NCBI RefSeq assembly: GCF_009914755.1
Contig: NC_060927.1
Reading direction: 5' to 3' (one strand)
From: the human T2T-CHM13v2.0 reference genome, Homo sapiens
DNA: 64,000 nt
Made by a program: the position numbers and the translations under genes. Positions 43,066 to 64,000 of this stretch are shown in pieces. Within the stretch, counting starts at the first letter, position 1; each line of letters starts with the position of its first letter. The notes below the pieces were generated by a model. The model was not told the origin of the DNA, searched no databases, and was given only the letters and a program-made list of their open reading frames with translations.

Positions 43066-43719
43066 AGAGGTTGTGGTGAGCGAAGGTCACGCCACTGCAC
43101 TCCAGCCTGGGCAACAGAGTGAGACCCTGTCTCAAAAATAAATAAACAAATAAATAAACATTTAAAAAAAGAGCCCCCAGGGTGAGCCCCACACGGGCCT
43201 GGATATATCCCAGGGTGATCCTCTTCTGCTTCAGGAGCTTGGCAAATTACAGAGCTTTGATGTCCTGGGACTCGTTGAGGTTTTGCTCCAGCTTCTCCTT
43301 CTCTAGCTTCATGGCACCAGCTGGGGCAGTGCAAGGCTCCAGGGAGGCCCCTCACAGTTGCTCTCCACCCAGGCTCCTGCCTCGCCCTCAGGCTGAGAGG
43401 TCTTCAAGCCACCTTGGGGCACTAGCCCCACTGCAACCGGAGACCCAGAGTATACCATCTGCCCACGGAACTCATGCAGTGGGGGGCACGGGAGAAACCC
43501 CCACATCTCAGAGCCTGGCCCAACACCCGGCCCAATTCCTGCCTTGGAAGCTTAGCCAAGTCCAGCTCCCGCCCCGCTGACCCATTACCTCCACCACCTG
43601 GAAGGGGCAAGAAGGTGAAATCCAAAGCCAGGTGTCCCACCATGGGGAAGGAAGGCTCCCCAAGCCAGGGATCTGGTGAAATGAGGCAAAAAGTTTTTAA
43701 ATTTTAAAAAAAGTTGTTT

Positions 43720-43875
43720 TAGAAATGAGGTCTTGCTATGTTGCCCAGGCTGGAGTGCAGTGGCTATTCACAGGCATGATCATGGCTCATTACAGCCTGG
43801 AACTCCTGGGCTCAAGCGATCCTCCTGCCTCAGCCTTCTGAGTAGCTGGGACTACAGGCATGTGCCACTGTGACC
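43720..43875 (-). mobile_element. FAM (fossil Alu monomer)
   Basis: Monomer with the ggctattcacaggc segment retained from 7SL. Confidence 0.65.
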
Positions 43876-44918
43876 TTCTTAAGGCTTTTGAAATTTTAAA
43901 AAGAAAAAGAGTCTGCATTCCTGACAACACACCAATGCCCCATACAAGACTCAGATGTGCCTGCCCTTATTGCTACTTATTGCTTGAGACAGATTAACCC
44001 TTGTCTGTTTAAGCCACTATAGAAGGCTACATTGTTATTTGCAATGTAATTTGCATTGTTATTTGCACTATAGAAGGCTACATTGTTATTTGCAGCCACA
44101 GTCATAATTATAATTATATGTGATAAATCTTGGAGCTTATTCTACAACAGTACTACTTTATTTTGTAGGAGGGGCTGCATAGAATTCCTGTTAAACAAAT
44201 GTGTCTTTTTTTTTTTTTTGAGATGTGGTGTCACTCTGTCACCCAGGTTGGAGTGCAGTAGTGCGATCTCCACTCACTGCAACCTCTGCCTCTGCAGCTC
44301 AAGTGATCCTCCTGCCTCAGCCTCCTGAGTAGCTGGGACTACAGGTGCCTGCCACCACGCCCAGCTCATTTTTGTATTTTTTGTAGAGACAGCGTTTCAC
44401 CATGTTGCTCAGGCTTGATGTGTCATTTTTCAAAAATCAAGCCAGTCCCCTATTTATGAACAATTAGTTTGCTTCCATGCTTTTGCCATTCAAACAGCCC
44501 TCAACTGTACCTCTTTCTACGTTTGTCTGTGCACATGGGGGAATACATATGTAAGATAGTTTCCTTGGCCCTGAAGTGCTTAATCAAAGGATTGGTACAA
44601 AGGATTAATGTTACATTAACAGATATGCCAGCTTGCCTCCTCATGGAGTTGTAAAAATGTACACTCCCACTTGTAGGTATCACAGCCTGCTTTCCCCAGC
44701 CTTGCAAACAGTGTCCCATCACAAGTCATTCTGAATGCTAGTATAGGACACCAAATCTCTTTCCTCCTAACAACCTGGCTAGGCAGCCAGGACAGGGATT
44801 CCTATTTACTACACTCTGGTTTTATAGGTAAGTAAACAGATTCCCAAGGATAAGGAACCTACTTTTCCCAACCTCAACCTGAATTTCTGGGATTAATACC
44901 TTCTAAGAATAGATATGA

Positions 44919-45356
<438 letters not shown>

Positions 45357-45399
45357 TGAGTAACTGGGATTACAGGTATGTGCCACTAAGCACAGCTAA

Positions 45400-45734
<335 letters not shown>

Positions 45735-46639
45735 TAGTAGAGATGGGGTTTCACCATGTTGGCCAGGCTGGCCTAGAACTTCTGACCTCAATTGATTCTC
45801 CCATCTTGCCCTCCCAAAGTGCTGGGATTACAGGTGTGAGCCACTGCACCTGCCCAAGAGCTTTGTTTCTATCCTTTCTAGTCCATTCCCTCATAATTTC
45901 TGAGCCCCAATCCTTCCCTTCTTCCAACCCTCTTCTCTTTGTTTTCCTACTAGGCCTGCCTTTGCGAAGTCCCACTGTAGATCATAAGGAGGCTGCAAGA
46001 ACTGATGAGTGGTCCATTTCCTTGCAACCTCTAGAAGCCGGAATATACTTCAGGCAGGGCCTTGTTACCAGAGACAATGTGTAGCAGTTAAGGCCAGAGC
46101 CTTCCACTCCACACCACCCAGGAATTGCTATGGCTGTTCTGTGACCTTGGCCAAGTTACTTCTGCTTTCTTCACTGTCCTTATTTGTCAAATGGGAATGC
46201 TAGTACTAATCACCTCACAGAGTTGTAGTAAAAACTGCAGGCTGGTGTAGTGGCTCACATCTGTAATACCAGCACTAAGGGAGGCAGAGGTGCGAAGATA
46301 GCCTGAGGCCAGGAGTTGGAGACCAGCCTGGCTAATACAGAGAGAACCCCATCTACACACATGCACCTGTGACTGTAAAGACTACGTGACTGTTGCTACT
46401 ACATTATTATTATTATTAACAGAGGACACTATTAAGAATCCAGCATTGTAATCTGAATACTCATTTTAATCCTTCCAACGATCCCCCAGATCGTTGTCTC
46501 ATTTCACGAAAGAAAAGGAGCCTCTAATCCCATCCCTACCAGGGTTTGGCAAAGTGGGCAAGTGAGAGGCTCAACCATGAGCTTCAGTTCCTCCTCTGTA
46601 AATGGTAACAATGGCACTGTCACAAAGAGGACCAAGTGA

Positions 46640-46969
<330 letters not shown>

Positions 46970-46972
46970 TAA

Positions 46973-47143
<171 letters not shown>

Positions 47144-47269
47144 TAATTTTTGTATTTTTAGTAGAGACGGGGTTTCGCCATGTTGGCCAGGCTGGTCTCG
47201 AACCCCTGACCTCGTGGTCCGCCCGCCTCGGCCTCCCAAAGTGCTGGGATTACATGCTTGAGCCACCCC

Positions 47270-47965
47270 GCCGGCCGGCCGTTCTTAAACGCACGACTAC
47301 TTCCCTAGCTTTCCAGCACCAAATCCAGCGGCCCCACCCGGCCACGCCCCCACGCCAGGCCATGACCCCCATATGGCTCACTGCGCAAGCTCACACCCAG
47401 TCCCAGGAAGCGAGCCCCACCTCGCCCCAGCTCTGCATTCACAGCCGCCAAGCGGTCCCGGAAGCCGAATGCCGGATAGGTCAAAGACAGCGCCGCTGCT
47501 CCGGCACTGCCGCCAGAGGGCGCGGAGTCGCCGTGTTGGCCTGCACCTCCCTTGTCACGTCAGCCGAACGGCTACGGCAATGGAGGATTTTGCCGTATGC
47601 GACGACAGGATGACTGCTTCCCCTGAAGCTTCACCAAACACGGAGAGGCTTTCCTGTCCCTGGGAGACGCGGTGATGTGACGCAGCGGTTGCAGCGAAGG
47701 TTTCTTGTAAAAGATGGCCGCTGCGGAGTTGCTAGGTGTCTCCTGGCAGGCGGCGGCCGCACCACAAGATGGCGGCCCGCCCCAGGGTCCCACACGCGGG
47801 GCTGCGGAGGCGGCGGCCCCGAGGGTCCCCGCCCCTTGCTGGCCCTGTCCCCGCGTGCGGGGCTGCGACCTGCCTTTGTGTGCGGGTGGAAGTGCGGGCC
47901 GCCTTGGGGCCGAGTTGCAACTTCGCGACACTCCACTGGAGTGCGATGAGACGATGAGATGTTAC
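47270..47965. promoter_or_regulatory. Orphan CpG island with promoter/insulator motifs
   Basis: Non-repeat, CpG-dense. CCGCCAGAGGGCGC (47510-47523) and CCACAAGATGGCGGC (47762-47776) are CTCF-like; AAGATGGCCG at 47711 is YY1-like; CCGGAAG ETS at ~47458; TGACGTGA on the minus strand at 47555-47562; GC boxes at ~47330-47355. Confidence 0.8.
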
Positions 47966-48999
47966 CTCCTAACACTTCGGGAGGTGGGCAGCATGGCAAT
48001 TCCTAGTAACCTCAACGCGATTCACTCAGACTTCCTTTTTCCCATCCTGAGCCGCAAAACCAGGAACTGGTGAAATAAATCAGGCCATCTTTCAGAGGAA
48101 TGGCCTGCCACCGTTAAAAAGAGCAAAGCTGCAGTTTATGTACTAATGTGGAACCAGCTCTGAGATAAATTAAGTGAAAGAAAGCAAAGCACAGGAAAAT
48201 GTGTATAGATATGCCTTTGTGTTTTTAAACAAGAAGACCCACATAAATGAAGATATGAATGTGTAAGCATAGTATAGCGGTAATGGTAATAGCGATCGCC
48301 CAGCCTAAGGAAGGGAATGGAGAGATACGGAACAAGGATGGGAGGAGACAGTTTTCATCTAAGACCGTTGGGTTTTCTGAGCTTTGTACCATGGACAGGT
48401 GTTAATTTTAAATTTTTTGTAAATATTTAAATTATGGCTTAAAGACAAGTTCTTTTGTAAGGGTATAAGGGCAGACTAGCACATAGAAAAAAAAAGACTT
48501 TTTTAACCTGGAACCAAGACATTTGATAAACATTCATGAAACTCAATTTTCAAGGATAAAAATTTCAAGGTCAATACTGTAGTACTTACAGCAAAGAATG
48601 CCAATCATTGTGACAGCCTGAGCCCTCTTGAAAGCTAGTTTTTGTTGGCGGGGGGTCAGAAAATTTGGCCTGGGAAGCAGGAGGCACTCGACCTATTTGC
48701 TGATGCTGAATGCCTTTCTACTGTAAGCATACATAGTCTCAATGGCTTCTTCTGATTTTGGTATATCTTAGGCTTTTCGGGTTAATATCGAAAACAGTGG
48801 CAACATTGAGAGTTTGAGCCAAGTTCTGCCTTAGAATCATCCAGAAAGGTGTTTCCACTGCCTGAAAAATAAGTAGTAGCAGTTTCAGAATTGGCATTGA
48901 GTTTGGAAATCGCCTATTTGAACTTGAAAGAAGTGTTAGTCCTCCATCCTAAAGCAACAACCATACTGAGCCTTTACTAGTGTGCCAGGCACTGGAGAA

Positions 49000-49823
<824 letters not shown>

Positions 49824-50118
49824 TAATTACACATAGCACTCTGGGTTGTTGAAGGCATTAAATATGCTAATAAAAGTTTAGCCAAGTTACCTACCTGTAC
49901 TAAATGCTCAGTAAATATTAGCTATAATTGTTTCAGGGAATCCCTCAGTTGCTTGATAAAGTACATTTTTGCCTCTGAGACTTTTTGAGGACTTAAAAAT
50001 ATGCTAGTTCTGTAGAGCTCTTACTATTTTCATCATCTTAGAGGCCACGTGGAAAGAATTTAGATTCTTATTGTGGAGCCTACAGTAAGTTAATTAACCT
50101 TTCTTTTTTTTCCTTTTT

Positions 50119-50123
<5 letters not shown>

Positions 50124-50181
<58 letters not shown>
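50124..50181 (+). repeat. (TG)n microsatellite, interrupted once, in an Alu tail
   Basis: Visible directly in the sequence. Confidence 0.95.
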
Positions 50182-50182
<1 letters not shown>

Positions 50183-51449
50183 GAGACAGAGTCTCACTCT
50201 GTCACCCAGGCTGGAGTGCAGTGGCTCAATCTTGGCTCACTGCAACCTCTGCCTCCTGGGTTGGAGCAATTCTCTTGCCTCAGCCTCCTGAATAGCTAGG
50301 ATTACAGGTATGCGCCACCAAACCAAGCTAATTTTTGTATGTTTAATAGAGATGGGGTTTCACCATGTCGGCCAGGCTGGTCTTGAACTCCTGACCTCAG
50401 GTGATCCACCTATCTTGGCCTCCCAGAGTGCTGGGATTACAGGCGTGAGCCACCATGTCTGGCCGTACTTAACCTTTCTTGGTTTCAGTCTCCACATAAC
50501 TAAGGTGAGAATCACAAAACCTGTTTCATAGGGTCACTGTGAGAATAATAATTAGAATTAATATATGGAAAGCACTTTGTGCAGGGTATGCAGTAGGCAC
50601 TTAATAAGTGGTGTTTAATTCTGTAATATCTCAACCTCAAAGGTAAAGAACTAATTAATACTGCCCTCAGGCAGAAGAGTTTCCCTGGTCAAGAGGCAGG
50701 AGTGGGTTGCTGCAGGGTGACAGTTAACACAGGAAGCCTACAGTGAGAAGTTGAAGGGATGGCAGGTCCACGGACCTCAGAGCCTTGGGCCTCAGGCTTC
50801 CTGTCTCTGTTGGGGAAAAGGCAAGGCCTCCACAGGAGGCGGATATGGTCTGCAGGCTATTGCCGAGATGCCTCTTTGCCAACAGCCACCTGCACTGTTT
50901 CATTTCACAGTTGCCTATAAACCACTGTTTCTGAGGCTCATCTTCATACTTTAATATGAAGTGGCTACTGCATACTTTTTTTTTTTTTTTTTTAAGACAA
51001 CATCTTGCTCTGTCACCTAGGCTGGAGTGCAGTGGAGCAATCATGGCTCACTGCAGCCTTGGCCTCCTGGGCTCAAGCAACCTTCCCTAGTCTCAGCCTC
51101 TAAAGTAGCTGGGACTACAGGCATGTCCCCCTACACCTGGCTAATTTTGTATTTTTGGTGGAGTTGGGGGTTCGCCATGTTGGCCAGGCTGGCCTCAAAC
51201 TCCTGGGCCCACTTCGGCCTCCCGGAGTGCTGGGATTATATGCATGAGCCACTGCACTCGGTCAGCCCTTCTGTCTTTTGATAGAAAATTCAACATTAGG
51301 CCGGGCGCAGTGGCTCAGGCCTGTAATCCCAACACTTTGAGAGGCCGAGGCAGGCGGATCACGAGGTCAGGAGATTGAGACCATCCTGGCTAACCCAGTG
51401 AAACCCCGTCTCTACCTAAAATACAAAAAATTAGCTGGGCGTGGTGTCA

Positions 51450-51575
<126 letters not shown>

Positions 51576-52601
51576 TCAAAAAAATAATAATAAATAAAAA
51601 TAAATAAAATAAAATTCAACATAAAATGCCTTAGCCAAGCATAGAGTTCAATTTTCTCATAATCGAGAAGTCCAGAGTGGTAAAATCACATCATGGAGCC
51701 ATTGGGCCAATGTTACTTCTGTACTTTTGCCCAATCATCCTTACCCTGTGGGTATCATCCTCATTCTTGTCACCTCAGGGTCATAAGATGGCTGTTACCT
51801 CCTCTATCACATCCGCATTTCAGACAGGGTAGAAGGGAAGAGAAAATGGCAAACCATACTTGCCAGCTCAGTCAGCCCTTGTTTTTATGAACTTTTCAGG
51901 AAGCCCCACCCAGTAGCTTCTGCCTACACTTCATTACCTAGAACCATATTATATTACTTGGCCACTTCTCCCTCCAAGGAACACTGAGAAATGAAGTTCT
52001 TTATCTGGGCACATTGTTGTCCTGAACAAATCAGGGTTCTGTTAGAAGAACAAATTGGAGAGTAGATAGGTGAGCGATACAGTAAAATTTCATTAAACAA
52101 CATTATTCACGTTTCCTAACTGCAGGTGATTTGCCTGCCTCGGCCTTCCAAAGTGCTGGGATTACAGGCGTGACCCACCGCGTGCGGCCGCAAGCTTCTT
52201 GACAGCTCTGTTTTGAGAAATCGTGGGGCACCCAGGTTCTGTCTGTCTGATTGCTTTGTAACCTCCAAGGAGTTGCCATCACCTAAATAGTCTAAAAATT
52301 GGTTGCCATCACATCCAATCCCAGCCAGTGTAAAGCTGGAAGAGAAGAAAAAAGGCATACCCCTCTTTTTTTTTTTTTTTTTTTAAGATGGAGTCTTGCT
52401 CTGTCGCCCAGGCTGGAGTGCAGTGGCATGATTTCAGCTCACTGCAACCTCCACCTCCCGGGTTCAAGCAGTTCTCTGCCTCACCCTCCCAAGTAGCTGG
52501 GCTTCCAGGCACCCGCCACTATGCCCAGCTAATTTTTGTACTTTTAGTAGAGACGGTTTCACCATCGTGGCCAGGCTGGTCTTGAACTCTTGACCTCGTG
52601 A

Positions 52602-52915
<314 letters not shown>

Positions 52916-53437
52916 TAGGTGTGAGCCACCGTGCCCAGCCACATCTGCCTCATTTTTAAAAGTATGACCAAGAAGTTGCTCGTCCACTGGCCAGCATGTA
53001 AGGCTTTATTCTGCGCGTTCATATATTCAGATATAAATTGAAGGTCTTACTACAGAAAGAGAGGTCAAAATCTTTGCCTTAGCAGGCATGGTGGCTCACA
53101 CCTGTAATCCCAGAACTTTGGGAGGTGGGAGGATTTTTTTGAGTTCAGGAGTTAGAGACCAGCCTGGACAACATGGCAAGATGCATCTCTACCAAAAATA
53201 AAAATAAAAACAAAAAGCCAGGCATGGCGGCACATACCTGTGGTCCCTTCTACCCTGCTACTGGGGAGGCTGAGCCAGGTGGATCCTTGAACCCAGGAGT
53301 TTGAACCTGCAGTAAGCTATGATTGCATCACCGCAGTTTAACTGGGCAACAGAGTGAAACCCTATCTCTATCATATTTTTTTACAAAGAAAAAAAATTGC
53401 TGGGCGTGGTGGCTCACGCCTGTAATCACAGCACTTA

Positions 53438-53700
<263 letters not shown>

Positions 53701-54422
53701 TTAGCTGGGTGCAGTGGTGCATGCCTATAGTCCCAGCTACTCAAGAAGCTGTGGTGGAAGGATTGCTTGAGCCTAGGAAGTTGAGGCTGTAGTGAGCCGT
53801 GATTGAGTCAATGCAGTCCAGCCAGGGTGACAGAGTGAGACCCTGTCTTAAAACAAAACAAAATCTTTGCCTTCCCAGAGTTTACATTTTCCTGGGGTGA
53901 CACAATGAACAAACAAATACGTCAAGTGGTAGTAAATGTTAAGAAGAAGACAAAATCAGGATAAGGGGATAGAGATGCAGTTGATACTTTAGAGAAGATG
54001 GTCAGAAAAGACCTCATTGAGTTGGTGATACTTGATCTGGGACCCCAAGAGAAGAGTGCTTCTGGCAGAAAGAACAAGTATAAATTCCTCGACATGGGAA
54101 TGTGCTTGGTATGGTTGAAGAAGAGCATGATGAGGCCAGATGCCTAAAATTGAATGAAATCAAAGAAGGCGTATGAACTAGATCATGTAGAGCCCCGTAT
54201 GCTAGGATAAAGAGAGTGATTTATTTAAGTAAAATAAAGGTTACTTGGGGGGAAAATGAAAAAATAAATACATAATTTTAAAAGATAGTGGTTTTTTGTT
54301 TTGTTTTTTTGTTTTTATGAGACAGGGCCTATATTTGCCCTAGGCTGGAGTGCAGTGGTGCAATCTTGGCTCATTGCAATCTCTGATTCCAAGGCTCAAG
54401 CAGTCCTACCTCAGCCTCCTGA

Positions 54423-54761
<339 letters not shown>

Positions 54762-55172
54762 TGAGCCACTGCGCCCAGCCTGTATTTTTAGTAAGAGATG
54801 GGGTTTCACCATGTTGCCCAGGCTGGTCTCAAACTCGGCTCAAGCGATCTGCCCCAGTCAGCCTCCCAGAGTGCTGGGATTATAGGCATGAGCCACCAGG
54901 CCTGGCCAAGATAGTGATTTTTTAAAATTTAGTTTTAATTTTTTTTAGAGATGAGGTCATACTATGTTGCCCAGGCTGGTCTCCAACTCCTGGGCTTACA
55001 CAGTCTTCCCACCTCAGCCTCCTAAATCATTGGAATTACAGGCGTGAGCCACTGCGCCTGGCCTGGATAGTGATTTTTAAAAGATGAGAAACTTCAAACT
55101 TCTCAGCAGAGGGTGACATATCTGGATTTAGGTTTCTTAAAGACCACTCAAATAAGTTATAAAATCTACATA

Positions 55173-55980
<808 letters not shown>

Positions 55981-56016
55981 ATACACTCTCAAAGACATAA
56001 AAGTAAGAGCTGGCTA

Positions 56017-56350
<334 letters not shown>

Positions 56351-56744
56351 TCATGATTTTGGATTTGGTGATGATTTTGTGGCTATGACACCACAGGCAC
56401 AGGCAACAAAAGAAAAATAGACAAACTGGGGCCGGGTGTGGTGGCTCACGCACTTTGGGAGGCTGAGGCGGGTGAATCACCTGGGCTCAGGAGTTCGAGA
56501 CCACCCATGGCAACATGGTGAAACCCCATCTCTACTAAAAATACAGAAAAATTAGCTGGGAATGGTGGCGTGCTCCTGTAGTCCCAGCTACTTAGGAGGC
56601 CAAGGCGAGAATCGCTTGAGCTCTGGAGGAGGAGGTTGCAGTGAGCCAAGATTGCATCACTGCACTCCAGCTTGGGCTACAGAGTGAGACTCTGTCTCAA
56701 AAAAAAAGACAAATTAGACCTCATTGAAATTAACTTTTGTGCAT

Positions 56745-57711
<967 letters not shown>

Positions 57712-58057
57712 GCATCAAAGAAAAACAAAGGGTTCTGGTATATTTATGGGAGGCCATTGATTTGGTTTTTTTGTTTGTTTGTTTTATGAGACACGGTCTC
57801 ACTCTGTTGCCCAGGCTGGCGTGTAGCGATGCCATCATGACTTACTGCAGTCTTGACCTCCTGGGCTCAAGCGATCTTACCACTTCATCCTCCCCGGTAA
57901 TTGGGACTACTATTTTTTTGTAGAGAAGAGGTTTCATCATACTGCCCAGGCTATTGTTGAACTCCTGAGCTCAAGGGATCCTCCCACCTCGGCCCCTGAA
58001 AGTGCTAGAATTACAGGTGTGAGCCACAGTGCCTGGCCAAATGGAGGCCATTGATTT

Positions 58058-59323
<1,266 letters not shown>

Positions 59324-59475
59324 CAACACACAGAATAGGAGAAAATATTTGTGAATCATATATCTGATAAGAGATTAATATCCAGAATGCATGCAGAACT
59401 CCTAAAACTCAACAACAGAAAACCCATTTTCAAAATAAGCAAGGGTTGCACAGCAATCTGAACATACTTAATATC

Positions 59476-62001
<2,526 letters not shown>

Positions 62002-62004
62002 TTA

Positions 62005-62367
<363 letters not shown>

Positions 62368-62585
62368 TCAGGAGGCTGAAGCAGGAAGATTGTTTGAGCC
62401 CAGGAGTTCAAGACCAGCCTGGGCAACACAGCAAGACCCGCCTGGGCAACACAGCAAGACCCTGTCTCTTAAAAAAAAAAAAAAAAAAAAGCCAGGCATG
62501 GTGGCTCACGCCTGTAATCCCAGCACTCTGGGAGGCCGAGGCGGGTGGATCACCTGAGGTCAGGAGTTTGAGAGCAGCCTGGCTA

Positions 62586-62877
<292 letters not shown>

Positions 62878-63048
62878 TTAAAGAACAAGCAAAGTACTTG
62901 AATAGATATTTCTTCAAAAAAGAAATACAAATAGCCAAAAGCTCATAAGAAGATATTCAACATCACTAATAATTAGGGAAATGCAAACCAAAATTCCACA
63001 ATGAGGTATCACTTCACACCAATTGGGATGACTGTTACCAAAAAATCA

Positions 63049-63450
<402 letters not shown>

Positions 63451-63693
63451 TTAGGCAACACAGGGAGTCCCCATCTCTACAAAATAAAAAAAAATTAGTT
63501 GGGCATGGTCGAACATGCCTGTGGTCCCAGCTACATGGGGTCTGAGGTGGAGGGATCCCTTGAGCCCAGGAGGGTGAAGCTGCAGTGAACCCTGATCAGG
63601 CCACTGCACTCCAGCCTGGGGTAAAGAGCGATATCCTGTCTCAAAAAATAAAAAAGAAATTTTAAAAAATGTTTTTAAAAATTAAAATTTTAG

Positions 63694-63783
<90 letters not shown>

Positions 63784-63785
63784 TA

Positions 63786-64000
<215 letters not shown>

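Noticed and set aside
47254-48073. 100-122 aa ORFs in the second CpG island
   Set aside because: Low-complexity GC-driven ORFs in several frames on both strands, with no recognisable homology.
48771-48848. Possible coding exon after tcttag
   Set aside because: All three frames hit stops and the donor is weak.
62417-62463. 23-bp tandem duplication inside an Alu (similar short ones at ~31436 and ~57246)
   Set aside because: Ordinary slippage duplications with no functional implication.

Overview
Primate (most likely human 3q21.3) genomic DNA that is extremely Alu-dense. The left 15 kb holds the first three coding exons of RPN1 (ribophorin I, oligosaccharyltransferase subunit) on the minus strand, with exact GT-AG junctions and a CpG-island promoter. 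The other ~49 kb has no intact host gene that I can support. It contains: a nested AluJ/MER41A/LTR12C stack next to the RPN1 promoter; MER4-, MER9-, MER21- and MER34/39-type LTRs; an internally deleted ERV1 provirus (MER41-type LTR, PBS, gag with an uninterrupted late-domain plus capsid frame, pro, pol fragment); a 7SL fragment; a full-length OCT4A-type processed pseudogene (probably POU5F1P6) split by Alu/LTR6/young-AluY insertions; and an orphan CpG island at ~47.3-48.0 kb with CTCF/YY1/UPRE-like motifs. I see no clearly new biological system. The best leads are the open ERV capsid frame, the orphan island sharing motifs with the RPN1 promoter, and an inverted templated duplication at 22.3-23.9 kb. 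Almost all other ORFs in the track are Alu or GC-rich artefacts. Repeat subfamily names come from my recall of consensus sequences and need RepeatMasker/Dfam confirmation.
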